DNA from: Candidatus Binatota bacterium
Lineage (GTDB): Bacteria > Desulfobacterota > Binatia > UBA1149 > CAITLU01
Reading direction: 5' to 3'
Length of the DNA: 64,000 nt
Assembly (NCBI GenBank): GCA_024276575.1
Contig: JAJRWY010000312.1
Span: 1,161-65,160 of the forward strand
Numbering within the stretch: the stretch's first letter is position 1; each line of letters opens with the position of its first letter. The notes beneath the pieces are model-generated. The model made no database searches and was not told where the DNA came from. It saw only the letters and a program-made list of their open reading frames with translations. A program made the position numbers and the translations under genes. Shown one piece after another: positions 51,081-60,650 of this stretch.

Positions 51081-51626
51081 ATGCGCATAATGGGCATTGA
51101 TCCGGGTACCATTATTACCGGCTGGGGAGTAGTCGAGGCCCAAGGCTCGCGTCTGACCTGCGTGTCTTCGGGCGTGCTGCGCGCCGGCCATGGTGAGATC
51201 GGTGACCGCCTAGCGCAAATCTATGCAGGGCTGGCTACTTTGATCGCCGAGTACCGGCCCGATGGTGTCGCTTTGGAACGGAACTTTCTGGCCAGGAACG
51301 TGCAGTCTGCTTTTCGTTTGGGTGAGGCCAGGGGGGTGGCGATGGCGGCGGTAGCCGCTGCGGGTTTGCCGCTGAACGAGTATGCCCCGATGAGTGTCAA
51401 GAAAACCGTAGTCGGCTATGGGCGTGCCGACAAATCTCAAGTGCAGGCCGGCGTGGCGAGATTGCTGGCACTCGACAGCTTGCCGCTCGAAGATGAGGCC
51501 GATGCGCTCGGCGTAGCACTTTGTTACGTTCTTAGCGGTGGTTTCGAGAGCAAGGTGCAGCAGGCGCTGGCTGCCGCGCCGGCGCCGCGGCGAAGACCCG
51601 TACGACGTAGACGGGGCGGGGGTTGA
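51081..51626 (+). CDS. ruvC: Crossover junction endodeoxyribonuclease RuvC
   Basis: MRIMGIDPGT, ALERNF, and EDEADALGVAL catalytic acidic residues. ATG 51081 was chosen over the ORF-track start at 51015. Confidence 0.9.
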   Translation: MRIMGIDPGTIITGWGVVEAQGSRLTCVSSGVLRAGHGEIGDRLAQIYAGLATLIAEYRPDGVALERNFLARNVQSAFRLGEARGVAMAAVAAAGLPLNEYAPMSVKKTVVGYGRADKSQVQAGVARLLALDSLPLEDEADALGVALCYVLSGGFESKVQQALAAAPAPRRRPVRRRRGGG

Positions 51627-51632
51627 TTCAAG

Positions 51633-52208
51633 ATGATCGCGCGTCTCCGTGGAGAACTGGAGGAGAAGTGCCCTAACGAGGTGCTCATCGACGTTGCCGG
51701 CGTTGGTTATGGTGCTGCGATCTCCCTGAATACTTTCAACAAGCTTCCCGAGTGCGGAGAGGAAGTCTCTTTGTACGTGGTGACGAACTTGCGCGAAAAC
51801 GCGCTGGAATTGTTTGCTTTTGCCGATGGTGCAGAGCGGAGCCTATTTAATGTGTTACGTACAGTATCCGGGATAGGACCTCGATTGGCAATGGCTATTC
51901 TGTCCGGCATCGACAGTGATGAGTTTCCGCGGGTGGTCGCCGAGCGCGACCTTGCGCGCCTGGTGTCAATCTCTGGAGTCGGCCGCAAGACCGCCGAACG
52001 CATCCTCGTAGAGCTTACCGACAAGATGCCGGAGCCGGGTCCGGTCAAAAGCGAGAGCGGCCCGTCGGCCGATGCCGTCGCGGCGCTGTGCTCCTTGGGC
52101 TACAAGAGAGGGGAAGCGCTCAGAGCGGTAAGCGCGGTTCGCGCCGACGGTGGCGACGGCGGCGGGGTCGAGGAGTTGATACGCGGCGCCTTGGCTAGAC
52201 TGTCGTGA
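51633..52208 (+). CDS. ruvA: Holliday junction DNA helicase subunit RuvA
   Basis: MIARLRGEL, paired helix-hairpin-helix motifs (VSGIGPRLA, ISGVGRKTAERI), and a C-terminal domain III. Confidence 0.9.
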   Translation: MIARLRGELEEKCPNEVLIDVAGVGYGAAISLNTFNKLPECGEEVSLYVVTNLRENALELFAFADGAERSLFNVLRTVSGIGPRLAMAILSGIDSDEFPRVVAERDLARLVSISGVGRKTAERILVELTDKMPEPGPVKSESGPSADAVAALCSLGYKRGEALRAVSAVRADGGDGGGVEELIRGALARLS

Positions 52209-52231
52209 GCACACTGCGTGGTTGTTGAAAG

Positions 52232-53266
52232 ATGCGAAGCAACGAGAATAGAGATGCTCTGAGCGAAGCTTCCGAAACGGATCCGGATTTTTCGCAAGAA
52301 CCGAGCCTTCGGCCGCAAACACTCGACAGTTACATCGGGCAGCGCCGCATCTGCGAGAATCTCGATATCGCGATACGGGCAGCTTCGCGGCGCAACGAGC
52401 CTCTCGACCACCTACTGCTCATCGGGCCGCCTGGTCTCGGCAAGACTTCGCTTGCCCACATCGTCGCGCGTGAGATGGGCGGCCGTGTGCATCAGAGTAG
52501 TGGCCCGGTAATCGAGAAAGCCGGTGATCTGGCGGCCATACTGACCTCGCTGGAGCGCGGCGATGTATTGTTCATCGACGAAATCCACCGCCTTGGTAAA
52601 GCCATAGAAGAGATACTTTACCCGGCGATGGAGGATTTTCGCATCGATTTGGTGATCGGAGAGGGGCCTTCGGCACGCTCGGTGTCCTTGAACTTGGCTA
52701 GGTTCACGCTGGCCGGTGCCACCACGCGCTCCGGTTTGCTCAGTGCTCCCTTGCGCTCGCGCTTCGGCAATACCTTCCGGCTCGATTTCTATGATGAGAA
52801 GGAACTCGCGGCTATCATCACACGCTCGGCGGCTTTGATGGAGGTAGAGATCGAGCAGGACGCCGCCCGCGAAGTGGCCTCGCGTTCGCGCGGCACGCCA
52901 CGCATCGCCAATCGCCTGTTGCGGCGCTTGCGCGACTTTGCGGAAGTTCGCGCCGCCGGGCGTATCGACCTCGAGGTAGCCCGGCAAGCGTTGGAAACCT
53001 TGGGGGTCGACGAAGCGGGCTTCGATACCATGGACCGTCGTTTGCTGTCGGTCATTGCAGAGAATTTCGAGGGTGGCCCGGTCGGGCTCGACACGCTTGC
53101 CGCTGCCGTAGGTGAAGATGCCAGCACCATCGAGGAAGTATACGAGCCCTATCTCATTCGCTGCGGGTATTTGCAGAAGACGCCGCGTGGCAGGGTCGCC
53201 ACGGCGCGCGCTTATGACCATCTGAAGCTCAACTCTCCCGTGCCACAGGAGAGTCTGTTCGAATAG
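52232..53266 (+). CDS. ruvB: Holliday junction DNA helicase RuvB
   Basis: [12 protein letters not shown], Walker [10 protein letters not shown], Walker [29 protein letters not shown], and [11 protein letters not shown]. Confidence 0.94.
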   Translation: MRSNENRDALSEASETDPDFSQEPSLRPQTLDSYIGQRRICENLDIAIRAASRRNEPLDHLLLIGPPGLGKTSLAHIVAREMGGRVHQSSGPVIEKAGDLAAILTSLERGDVLFIDEIHRLGKAIEEILYPAMEDFRIDLVIGEGPSARSVSLNLARFTLAGATTRSGLLSAPLRSRFGNTFRLDFYDEKELAAIITRSAALMEVEIEQDAAREVASRSRGTPRIANRLLRRLRDFAEVRAAGRIDLEVARQALETLGVDEAGFDTMDRRLLSVIAENFEGGPVGLDTLAAAVGEDASTIEEVYEPYLIRCGYLQKTPRGRVATARAYDHLKLNSPVPQESLFE

Positions 53267-53284
53267 CATGCGCGGCGGTTGTTT

Positions 53285-55516
53285 ATGAGCGGCGCACCTA
53301 GGCCGGACATCTCCATTTCGCGCGAGGAAAGGGCGCGCCGACGCCGTGAGGTTGCGGTGATTCTCGCGGCCGGTCTTGCGGTGGTGTTCTTTGCCGTGTG
53401 GGAAATCGGCCGGCCGGCTGGGCGTGGAGCCACCGGTAACGTTGTCTCCTTCCTACTGGTAAACCTCAACATAGTTCTGCTTCTAGTCGTGGCGTTCCTG
53501 GTTTTGCGAAACATCGTGAAGCTGGTGATTGACCGGCGCCGGCGTGTCCCGGGTAGCCATCTTCGCGGGCGGCTGGTCTTTGCTTTCGTTACCATTGCGC
53601 TATTCCCGGCGGGTTTGATGCTCGTCATTTCGTATCAATTCGTGACCAGCAACATCGATGATTGGCTCGACAGCGAGGTCGAGCAGTCGCTCGAAGGTGC
53701 CTGGGAACTGGCCCATACCTACTATCGGGATTCTGCGGATGCGGCGCTTGCGCATGCGCGGGCCCTGGCTGCGGAGGCTGTGGAGAAGCGGCTGCTGCAG
53801 CCGTCTTCACGGACGAAATTGCGAGAGTTGGTTCTCGAACACCAGCGCGCTTACAAGCTGGGAACCATCCAGATAGTCAACTCCTCAGGCGAACAGGTAC
53901 TGGCTTTGTTCAACGAATCCACTCCTACCGGGATGCCGCTATATCCGGACGCTGAATTGATGTCAGAGAACCTCGAAGGGCGTGAGGCTACCAAAGTAGA
54001 GGCTTACGGCGAAAGTGACGTGATCAGCGGTGCGGTGCCGATACTCGACAGTAAAGGAAAAGTGCTGGGTGCGGTGGTGGTTGATTATTTCGTTGAGCGC
54101 AGTATCCGGCGCTGGAGTGAAGACATACTGAAATCCTTCAGCGAGTTCCGCCAGCTAAAGCTCAGCAAACAGCCTTTCAAGAATCTCTACGCGATTACTC
54201 TTGCTCTGGCCGCGGTCGCGGTAGTGTTCTCGGCTACATGGCTGGGTATTTATATGGCCCGGGGGGTTACCGACCCCATTGGGCGGTTGGCGGAAGCTAC
54301 TGAACGGGTTGCCGGCGGTGACTGGGAGGTTCGGCTCGAAGAAGCAGGCGGTGACGAAGTCGGCATGCTGGTCAGTGCTTTCAACACCATGACTTCACAG
54401 CTCAAGGCAACCCACGATGATCTCGATGAGAGGCGCCGTTACATCGAGAATGTGCTCGGACATATCGAAGCGGGTGTCGTGTCCATCGATGAAGAGGGGC
54501 GCATCGGTACCGTGAACTCAGCCGCAGTGTCGTTGTTGGGCCTCGACGCTGAAGGGCTTGCGGGGCTAGCTGCGGTAGAGACGTTTCAGGAGGCCGGTTA
54601 CTCGGAAATGGCGTCGCTGTTGAAAGATTTGAGTGCCGGAGTCGTAGCTTCCGGCACCCGTATCAACGTCAAGCGGGAACAGGAAGGGCGGACGCTACTG
54701 GTTACTGCGACTGAGTTGAAGCGCGTGAGTGGTGAGCGGGCGGGCTTCGTTCTTTTTGTCGAAAACGTATCACAGATAGTCGAAGTTCAGAGGATGGAGG
54801 CCTGGCGCGAGGTTGCTAGGCGTATCGCCCATGAGATCAAGAATCCACTGACTCCCATCCAACTGTCGGCGCAAAGGCTGGGCAGGCGCTTGCGTTCACG
54901 GCTCGGCGGGGAAGACGCCGAGCTACTGGAGCGCAGCGTGGAAACGATCGTCTCTCAAGTAGACACATTGAAGCAGTTGGTCAACGAGTTCTCGCGCTTT
55001 GCGCAAAAGTCGGAAGGAGACAAGCGCCTACACGATTTGAACCAGTTGGTCGAGGAGACGATCCCTTTGTACAGCGAGTCGCGCCCTGACATCAAAGTGG
55101 AATTCTCCCGTGCCGAAGAGCTTCCGGCACTGATGTTGGACCGGCAGTCGGTAAAGCGCGTTCTGATCAATCTGCTCGATAATGCGGTGGCGGCTCTTTC
55201 GGCGGACGAGGCCGTGCGTGAAAGCGGCGTCGAGCCGCAAATAGAACTTCGGACCTCTTTTGATGAAAGAACCTCGCGCGTGGTTCTCGAAGTCGCGGAC
55301 AACGGCCCAGGAATCGCTGCCAAGGACAAACCGCGGGTATTCGAGCCGTACTTCTCGACCAAGGACGATGGGACCGGCCTCGGCCTGGCTATTGTTGCTT
55401 CGGTGGCTGCCGACCACCAAGCCTTCGTTCGAGTCAGGGACAACCATCCGCGAGGCAGCCGTTTCGTGATAGAATTTCCCATCGTGCCCAAGGAGAGAGA
55501 GGTCCGAGATGCCTGA
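53285..55516 (+). CDS. Sensor histidine kinase, NtrY-like architecture (TM block - HAMP - PAS - HisKA - HATPase)
   Basis: N-terminal TM helices, HAMP (DPIGRLAEATERVAGGDWEVRLE), a PAS-like segment, H-box HEIKNPLTPIQLSAQRL, N-box LINLLDNAV, G1 DNGPGI, and G2 GTGLGLAIV. ATG 53285 (TTG 53279 is possible). Confidence 0.85.
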   Translation: MSGAPRPDISISREERARRRREVAVILAAGLAVVFFAVWEIGRPAGRGATGNVVSFLLVNLNIVLLLVVAFLVLRNIVKLVIDRRRRVPGSHLRGRLVFAFVTIALFPAGLMLVISYQFVTSNIDDWLDSEVEQSLEGAWELAHTYYRDSADAALAHARALAAEAVEKRLLQPSSRTKLRELVLEHQRAYKLGTIQIVNSSGEQVLALFNESTPTGMPLYPDAELMSENLEGREATKVEAYGESDVISGAVPILDSKGKVLGAVVVDYFVERSIRRWSEDILKSFSEFRQLKLSKQPFKNLYAITLALAAVAVVFSATWLGIYMARGVTDPIGRLAEATERVAGGDWEVRLEEAGGDEVGMLVSAFNTMTSQLKATHDDLDERRRYIENVLGHIEAGVVSIDEEGRIGTVNSAAVSLLGLDAEGLAGLAAVETFQEAGYSEMASLLKDLSAGVVASGTRINVKREQEGRTLLVTATELKRVSGERAGFVLFVENVSQIVEVQRMEAWREVARRIAHEIKNPLTPIQLSAQRLGRRLRSRLGGEDAELLERSVETIVSQVDTLKQLVNEFSRFAQKSEGDKRLHDLNQLVEETIPLYSESRPDIKVEFSRAEELPALMLDRQSVKRVLINLLDNAVAALSADEAVRESGVEPQIELRTSFDERTSRVVLEVADNGPGIAAKDKPRVFEPYFSTKDDGTGLGLAIVASVAADHQAFVRVRDNHPRGSRFVIEFPIVPKEREVRDA

Positions 55517-56780
55517 GACGATTTTGCTTGTAGATGACGATGCCAAGGTTCGCGAATCGATACGTGGCGTTCTCGGAGATGAAGGCTATGAGGTCGTAAC
55601 TGCATCCAACGGCGTTCAGGCCATGGATGCGGTTGCGGTGCATAACCCCGATCTCATCTTGCTTGATTTGTGGATGCCGGAGATGGATGGCATCGAGTTC
55701 TTACAGCAGGCTGGGTCCGGGGACTCGGCGATTCCGGTGATCGTGATCTCGGGCCACGGCAACGTGGAAACGGCGGTCCGCGCGACCAAGCTTGGAGCCG
55801 TGGATTTCGTCGAGAAGCCGTTTTCCATCGACGGGCTTCTAGCGGCGGTAAACGGAGCCTTGAATCGTTTCTCCCCCGACGAAGGTGCCGCTAGCGTCGT
55901 GGCCGGGCAATTGCCTTCGGCCGGTGGCGCGACGGCTGGTGTCAGCCAGCGCACGTTGGCGCAAAGCGTGGTCGGTGGCGGACTCGGCTTACATAGCGGG
56001 GTGAGGACCGGATTGATCTTGCAGCCGATGCCGCCGGGGAGCGGGATAAGTTTTGCGAGTATAGCGGGCGAGGGCAAAGTGCTCGCACATGTGGACAACG
56101 TGGATTCCACCGGCTACGCGACCACACTGTTCGACAAGGGGACGGTTGCGCGAACGGTAGAACATCTCATGGCGACCCTGCACGCTTATGGGATCACCAA
56201 TCTGCTGGTGAAGATAGAAGGCGAAGTGCCGATTCTAGACGGCTCAGCGGCCGAACTCTGCCAGTTGATAGACTCGGTTGGTGTAGAAGACCAGCCCTCG
56301 GCCATCGCTCCCATAGTGATCGAGGAGGAAGTGCGCATAGACGCCGGTCCGGACGAATTCATCGTGATTCGTCCTCATGACGGTTTCGAAGTAACCTACG
56401 AACTTTCTTATCCGCCGCCGGTGGGGGAACAGAGTTACACATTTTGCTTCGAAGGAGCCGGGTCGTTTCGTTCGCAGATCGCTCCGGCGCGTACCTTCGG
56501 CTTTGTCGAGGAGATCCGCGCGTTGGAAGGAGCGGGGCTAGGCCAGGGAGGACAGCTGAGCAACTTTATACTGATCGGCGAGGGCAGGATCGTCAACACC
56601 GAATTACGCTTCCCCGAGGAACTCGCGCGCCACAAGATCCTTGATATCATGGGAGATTTCTATCTCCTCGGGGCACCGATACGAGGCTCGCTGCACGCGC
56701 GAAAAACCGGGCATTCGCAGAACATCGCGTTGATGCGATTGCTAAGCGAGGGCAGAGGGAGAAGCGCGTCGAGTCGTTGA
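55509..56780 (+). CDS. lpxC: Response-regulator receiver domain fused to UDP-3-O-acyl-N-acetylglucosamine deacetylase (REC-LpxC)
   Basis: REC: DDD 9-11, D53 (LILLDLWMPEMDG), S81, K103 (EKPF). LpxC: QRTL at residue 147, GLGLHSG, TVEHL (E218/H219), PILDGSA, ARTFGF, RHKILDIMGD (H375, D379, D383), KTGHS (H402). The start overlaps the kinase stop (ATGCCTGA). Confidence 0.85.
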   Translation: MPETILLVDDDAKVRESIRGVLGDEGYEVVTASNGVQAMDAVAVHNPDLILLDLWMPEMDGIEFLQQAGSGDSAIPVIVISGHGNVETAVRATKLGAVDFVEKPFSIDGLLAAVNGALNRFSPDEGAASVVAGQLPSAGGATAGVSQRTLAQSVVGGGLGLHSGVRTGLILQPMPPGSGISFASIAGEGKVLAHVDNVDSTGYATTLFDKGTVARTVEHLMATLHAYGITNLLVKIEGEVPILDGSAAELCQLIDSVGVEDQPSAIAPIVIEEEVRIDAGPDEFIVIRPHDGFEVTYELSYPPPVGEQSYTFCFEGAGSFRSQIAPARTFGFVEEIRALEGAGLGQGGQLSNFILIGEGRIVNTELRFPEELARHKILDIMGDFYLLGAPIRGSLHARKTGHSQNIALMRLLSEGRGRSASSR

Positions 56781-56800
56781 GTCTCGCCGGCGAGACTCAA
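56777..56800. repeat. 24-nt perfect palindrome between convergent operons (possible bidirectional terminator hairpin or binding site)
   Basis: TTGAGTCTCGCC|GGCGAGACTCAA. It overlaps the TGA stop of the REC-LpxC gene. There is no flanking U-tract on either strand. Confidence 0.5.
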
Positions 56801-56838
56801 CGTAGCCGCCCGTCGTGCGGCAAGCCTTAGCTGCATGT

Positions 56839-57639
56839 TTACTTGAGCCCTAGCAGGCGGGGTCTACCGAGGGGGCCGCTTAGACGGTAGCTGCGCCAGC
56901 CCTCTGTGTTCTCGGTGGCTTTGGGAAGCAGGCCGAGCAGGACCCGCGCTTTGGCCGAAGAGTCAGCGGCTCGCACCTTGAAATACAGATCTGTTTGGTA
57001 GCTACCGTCGTCCCTGCGCGAGATGTGGCCGCGGGTCAGATGCCATTGCAGGCCGGCGGCCCTAGCCTCTGCGGATTCGATCTCGAGCTTGCCGTTGCTC
57101 AACCGACCCTTGGCTGAAACCGCATCGAACTCCCATTCGCCGATGGCCATGCCCGCCTTGCTGATGCCGCGCCCGTCCGCGTTGGCGAGCGGCAGGTGCC
57201 CGCTCACGCTGCCATCATTTGCTTCGAGCTCCATACTGCCGTTTCCGTCCGTTACGTCGATTCGTGCGTTGAAGTCGCCGCTTAGAGAAAGAAACCCCAA
57301 GCGAACGCACTTGGCGGGGTCGCCGTCAAGCAAGCGCAGTTGGAAATCGTCGGGGCCCGTAAAGTTACCCTCGATCGACCCTCCGCAGTAATCGGTGTGG
57401 AAACCTCCGAACAGTCCCAGGTATGCCGACTGAAGGTTCAATTCATAACCGTCTTTGGCAAGCCGTAGCCCACCTACTCTATAACCGAAGGGAAACGCCG
57501 GCCGTGCCGAAAGCAGCGATACTTGAACACCGCGTGGTGAAAGGCCCGCACGCAGTACGCTGGCGAGAAGACGCTCGTGCGGAAAGGTGACGGCTGCGAA
57601 AAGCGCCAGCAGGGCCGCGAACACCAGCAAGCGTTTCAT
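56839..57639 (-). CDS. gspN: Type II secretion system protein N (GspN-like)
   Basis: Last gene of the gsp operon. It has a single N-terminal anchor (MKRLLVFAALLALFAAV) and the size of GspN. The call rests mainly on position. Confidence 0.55.
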   Translation of the reverse strand: MKRLLVFAALLALFAAVTFPHERLLASVLRAGLSPRGVQVSLLSARPAFPFGYRVGGLRLAKDGYELNLQSAYLGLFGGFHTDYCGGSIEGNFTGPDDFQLRLLDGDPAKCVRLGFLSLSGDFNARIDVTDGNGSMELEANDGSVSGHLPLANADGRGISKAGMAIGEWEFDAVSAKGRLSNGKLEIESAEARAAGLQWHLTRGHISRRDDGSYQTDLYFKVRAADSSAKARVLLGLLPKATENTEGWRSYRLSGPLGRPRLLGLK

Positions 57640-58193
57640 GTCTTGGACAGCGTTGCGGCCAGCAGTACCAGGTCGAAGCGATCGCGGTCGTCGTAGCGCT
57701 TCTTCATGTCGAGCCTTCGAACGTCGATCGGCCTTTCCGCGTTCTCGATGCGCTTGAGCAGTGCCACGATCTCGGCCAATGACACTTGAGACAGCTTGAT
57801 CTCGACGGTGCTCTCCAAAGTTCCATCCTCGAGTTCCCGGCGGCTAGGATTCATCGACGCTACGCTTTCGGCGCTGACGGCCGCCGCAGTGGCTTTGTCC
57901 ATGAAAGAGAATAGTGAGAAATTCTTCGCGTCTTTCTCCGCTCCGGGCTTGCGCGCGGTGGCACCGGATTGTGCGACTCTGATCTGGCCGGCGAGTATCT
58001 TCATCTCGGCTAGGTCTCTGCGTAAAGAGGCAATCTCGGCCTCTATGCGGCGGCGTCCGGCAGTCAGGGGTTGTATGACCAGCGAGTAGGCTACGACCGC
58101 GGCGACGATAGTGCCGAGTATTGCCAACAAGCGCTGTTCCCGGGGACTGAGACGGGCAAGAATCGCGCCCAGCTTGCGCAGAAGTTCGTTCAT
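57636..58193 (-). CDS. gspM: Type II secretion system protein M
   Basis: LSPREQRLLAILGTIVAAVVAYSLVIQPL TM followed by a coiled coil and a small C-terminal domain. 4-nt overlaps on both sides. Confidence 0.7.
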   Translation of the reverse strand: MNELLRKLGAILARLSPREQRLLAILGTIVAAVVAYSLVIQPLTAGRRRIEAEIASLRRDLAEMKILAGQIRVAQSGATARKPGAEKDAKNFSLFSFMDKATAAAVSAESVASMNPSRRELEDGTLESTVEIKLSQVSLAEIVALLKRIENAERPIDVRRLDMKKRYDDRDRFDLVLLAATLSKT

Positions 58194-59653
58194 CCCTTAG
58201 CGCCTCCACGGAGCGAAGCGGAGCCCAAGGGCTCGAGCAGAAGTTGGAATGCGACGCCGTTGCCGCCGGCTGCCGCGTGTACGTCTTTGACCTCCACTTC
58301 TCCGAAGTGGCCGCTGTCGATCAGCGCTTGTTGCAACAGAGTGACGGCTTCGAAGGAGGCCCCGTTTCCGTTGAGCCTTACATTGTTGCCGCTCACGTAG
58401 AATCCGTCGAACTCGACATCCACATCCTTTGGAACGGCTTGAGACATGAGTGCCAGCACCGTTAGGGGTGTTACTGAAGCGCCGCCCGGGGTTGCCCTTG
58501 CGCCGTTGAGTTCGCGCAGCCGCATCTCCATTTTCAGCCGTGCGCCCTTGCCCTGGCGCATTCCGGGCATTGCCTTGGCGAACACGGCCTCGCTTTGTTT
58601 GCGCAGTTCGGCTCTTTCGGAAGCAAGCCGTACATAGCTGACAGTCGAGGCGAGCAGGGCCAGGCCTAGCGCAGTACCCGCCCAGGGCAATAAAGGCCTG
58701 AGTTCGCTCGATAACTCCGACCAGCGGCCGAAGGTTCCCGAACGCCGTGGCGAAAAATCAAGTAGCGGGGAAGCGATGCCGCCGGTGGCGGCGAACAGTA
58801 GCCCGACCGCCGGCGCACAAGTTCTCCAACGAGCGTCGTCCACACCTTCTAGCGGGCAGCGCTCCGGCAGTTGTTCGATGCTGAAGTGATCGCCGTCACG
58901 ATTCAGATTCTGCGCGATGGCTGCCGCACGCGGCCCTCCCAGCACTATACGCCGGGGGCAGGTCTTCATGCTACGCAGCGCGTACAGCACGTTCCTCGAA
59001 AGTAGAGCGTCGTCACAGGCGCCTATAACGCGCAGGTCCAGCAGTGCTTCCCCACCGAGAACTCCGATGGTAGCGCCGTCGACGGATGCGTCGACAATGG
59101 CTACAGTGCCTTTGTCTTCGTAACTGATTGAGCGGCGATAAATCTCCAAGGTTGCACAAGGAGCCCAGACTATGCGGTCCGCGGACAGCCCCCACTCGGA
59201 AAGACGATTCCCGAGCTTCTCGATGGCCGAGTTCGCGGCCATGGCCGCCAGTACCGGACCTCTGCGGCGGGAGTCGGTAAAGTCGTAGGCGGTAGTGGCT
59301 TCATCGAGCGAAAGCGGGACATGCTCCTCGAGCGCCGGTCCGACGGCTTGTCCCAGCCTCCTGCGGTCGCGGAAGGGGAGGTCGAGGAAGCGGTACAGCG
59401 CTGTTTCAGCCGGCAAGGTGGCGATGACACGGTCCCACGAGTCTTTGCAGAACTCTGGTATCGCCGCGTTGCCGTCGAACTCGGCGTCGCTCAGGGAAAG
59501 CAGCTTGAACGAGCCGATGGTGGCTTCGGCTCTGGCTGCGCACAGCCTCCGGCTGCTCAGGTGTAGGGCAAGTATCTTGGTGCTCACTCCGCTTGCGTTC
59601 CTATGGAGCCGGCTTTCCGCCGGAGCCGAAAAGGCGCGGCCCGAGATCGGCAA
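58190..59653 (-). CDS. gspL: Type II secretion system protein L (actin-like N-domain, TM, PilN-like C-domain)
   Basis: Architecture and position between gspK and gspM. Start uncertain: TTG 59653 overlaps gspK by 53 nt, and GTG 59587 is the alternative. Confidence 0.7.
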   Translation of the reverse strand: MPISGRAFSAPAESRLHRNASGVSTKILALHLSSRRLCAARAEATIGSFKLLSLSDAEFDGNAAIPEFCKDSWDRVIATLPAETALYRFLDLPFRDRRRLGQAVGPALEEHVPLSLDEATTAYDFTDSRRRGPVLAAMAANSAIEKLGNRLSEWGLSADRIVWAPCATLEIYRRSISYEDKGTVAIVDASVDGATIGVLGGEALLDLRVIGACDDALLSRNVLYALRSMKTCPRRIVLGGPRAAAIAQNLNRDGDHFSIEQLPERCPLEGVDDARWRTCAPAVGLLFAATGGIASPLLDFSPRRSGTFGRWSELSSELRPLLPWAGTALGLALLASTVSYVRLASERAELRKQSEAVFAKAMPGMRQGKGARLKMEMRLRELNGARATPGGASVTPLTVLALMSQAVPKDVDVEFDGFYVSGNNVRLNGNGASFEAVTLLQQALIDSGHFGEVEVKDVHAAAGGNGVAFQLLLEPLGSASLRGGAKG

Positions 59654-60650
59654 ACCGTGCCGGTGCCGAATCGTCGATGTCGGCTATGTTGGGCCCCCGC
59701 CTCGGCAGAAAATAGACTACATGTATTTCGTCCAAATCGCGATAAAGCACGGCCTCCACCGATTGGAATACGCCGTCAACTTCGCCGCTAGACAGCACTC
59801 GGAAGTAACTACTGCTGTATCGAAACATCTTGTCCAGCTTGCTCTTGCTGCGGAATGCGGTCTTCCAACCCTCGAGTTCGAGCAGCATCTGCGAGTTTCG
59901 TATCGGTGTTTGCTCGCGGTAGGCCAGGAGAGTGCCGACCAGCACACCGTCACGCAAGGCCGGGTCCAAGGCTTCGAGCACTGCGGCCGGCGCCGTATTG
60001 GGATTGATCTTGTCCTGGGTTTCCGGAAGCACCGTACACAGTGGGCGCAGGGCACTCAGGCGGTGAGTGTCGAATCCGCGGATGAGGGCGAGTTCGGCGA
60101 AGCTGCGCAAGGCGGAGTTTCTCGGTGGGTAAGGCACGCCGATACTTTGATAGTAGTCGCGCTCGGCGCCCACAGGATCGCTGCTTACCGCGTTGTTGCG
60201 GTCGAGCCAATCCGCCAACGCAGCGGCAAGCTCAGGTTCGAATTCGAGCTGGGCCAGAATCTCCATGAAACGCCGGCCGTTCGTCGAATGGACACCCGAA
60301 CCCAGTAGATTCAGGTTGAAGCGTGCGTTTTCGTCACTGATACGCAGGAAGATGGTGCCGTCCTCGCTCTGTATGGGAGGTAGCGGAGCGGCCCACAGTT
60401 CACTCAGTGCATCCACCGTCGACATGCGAGCGTCGAGCCTCAGTATCTCCGAGGCCAGTTCGATTCCCGATTCGGCCAGTAGCGCGGCACGCCTTGCCTT
60501 GAGCCAGTGGGCGGTGCGACGGTAGTCGACCTGGGCATCGTAGGTGAACTCGATCACCAGCAAGGTCAGTAGCGACATTGCCACCAATGTCATCAGCAGT
60601 GCGATCCCACGCTGGCTCCTGTTCGCGGCCGCCCCGCAGCAGCGTGTCAT
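59601..60650 (-). CDS. gspK: Type II secretion minor pseudopilin K
   Basis: ATG 60650. Prepilin-like QRGIALLMTLVAMSLLTLLVIEF lacks Glu5, as in GspK, and there is a large C-terminal domain. ATGA overlap with gspJ. Confidence 0.8.
   Translation of the reverse strand: MTRCCGAAANRSQRGIALLMTLVAMSLLTLLVIEFTYDAQVDYRRTAHWLKARRAALLAESGIELASEILRLDARMSTVDALSELWAAPLPPIQSEDGTIFLRISDENARFNLNLLGSGVHSTNGRRFMEILAQLEFEPELAAALADWLDRNNAVSSDPVGAERDYYQSIGVPYPPRNSALRSFAELALIRGFDTHRLSALRPLCTVLPETQDKINPNTAPAAVLEALDPALRDGVLVGTLLAYREQTPIRNSQMLLELEGWKTAFRSKSKLDKMFRYSSSYFRVLSSGEVDGVFQSVEAVLYRDLDEIHVVYFLPRRGPNIADIDDSAPARFADLGPRLFGSGGKPAP

Noticed and set aside
52412-53269. 285-aa ORF on the minus strand
   Set aside because: It is fully antisense to ruvB, whose product has unambiguous Walker A/B and RuvB motifs. 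The antisense translation is Arg/Gly/Ala-rich with no recognisable family, the typical shadow ORF of GC-rich DNA.
59295-60308. 337-aa ORF on the plus strand
   Set aside because: It is antisense to gspL/gspK, which have pseudopilin and GspL features and operon-style overlaps. This is a shadow ORF.
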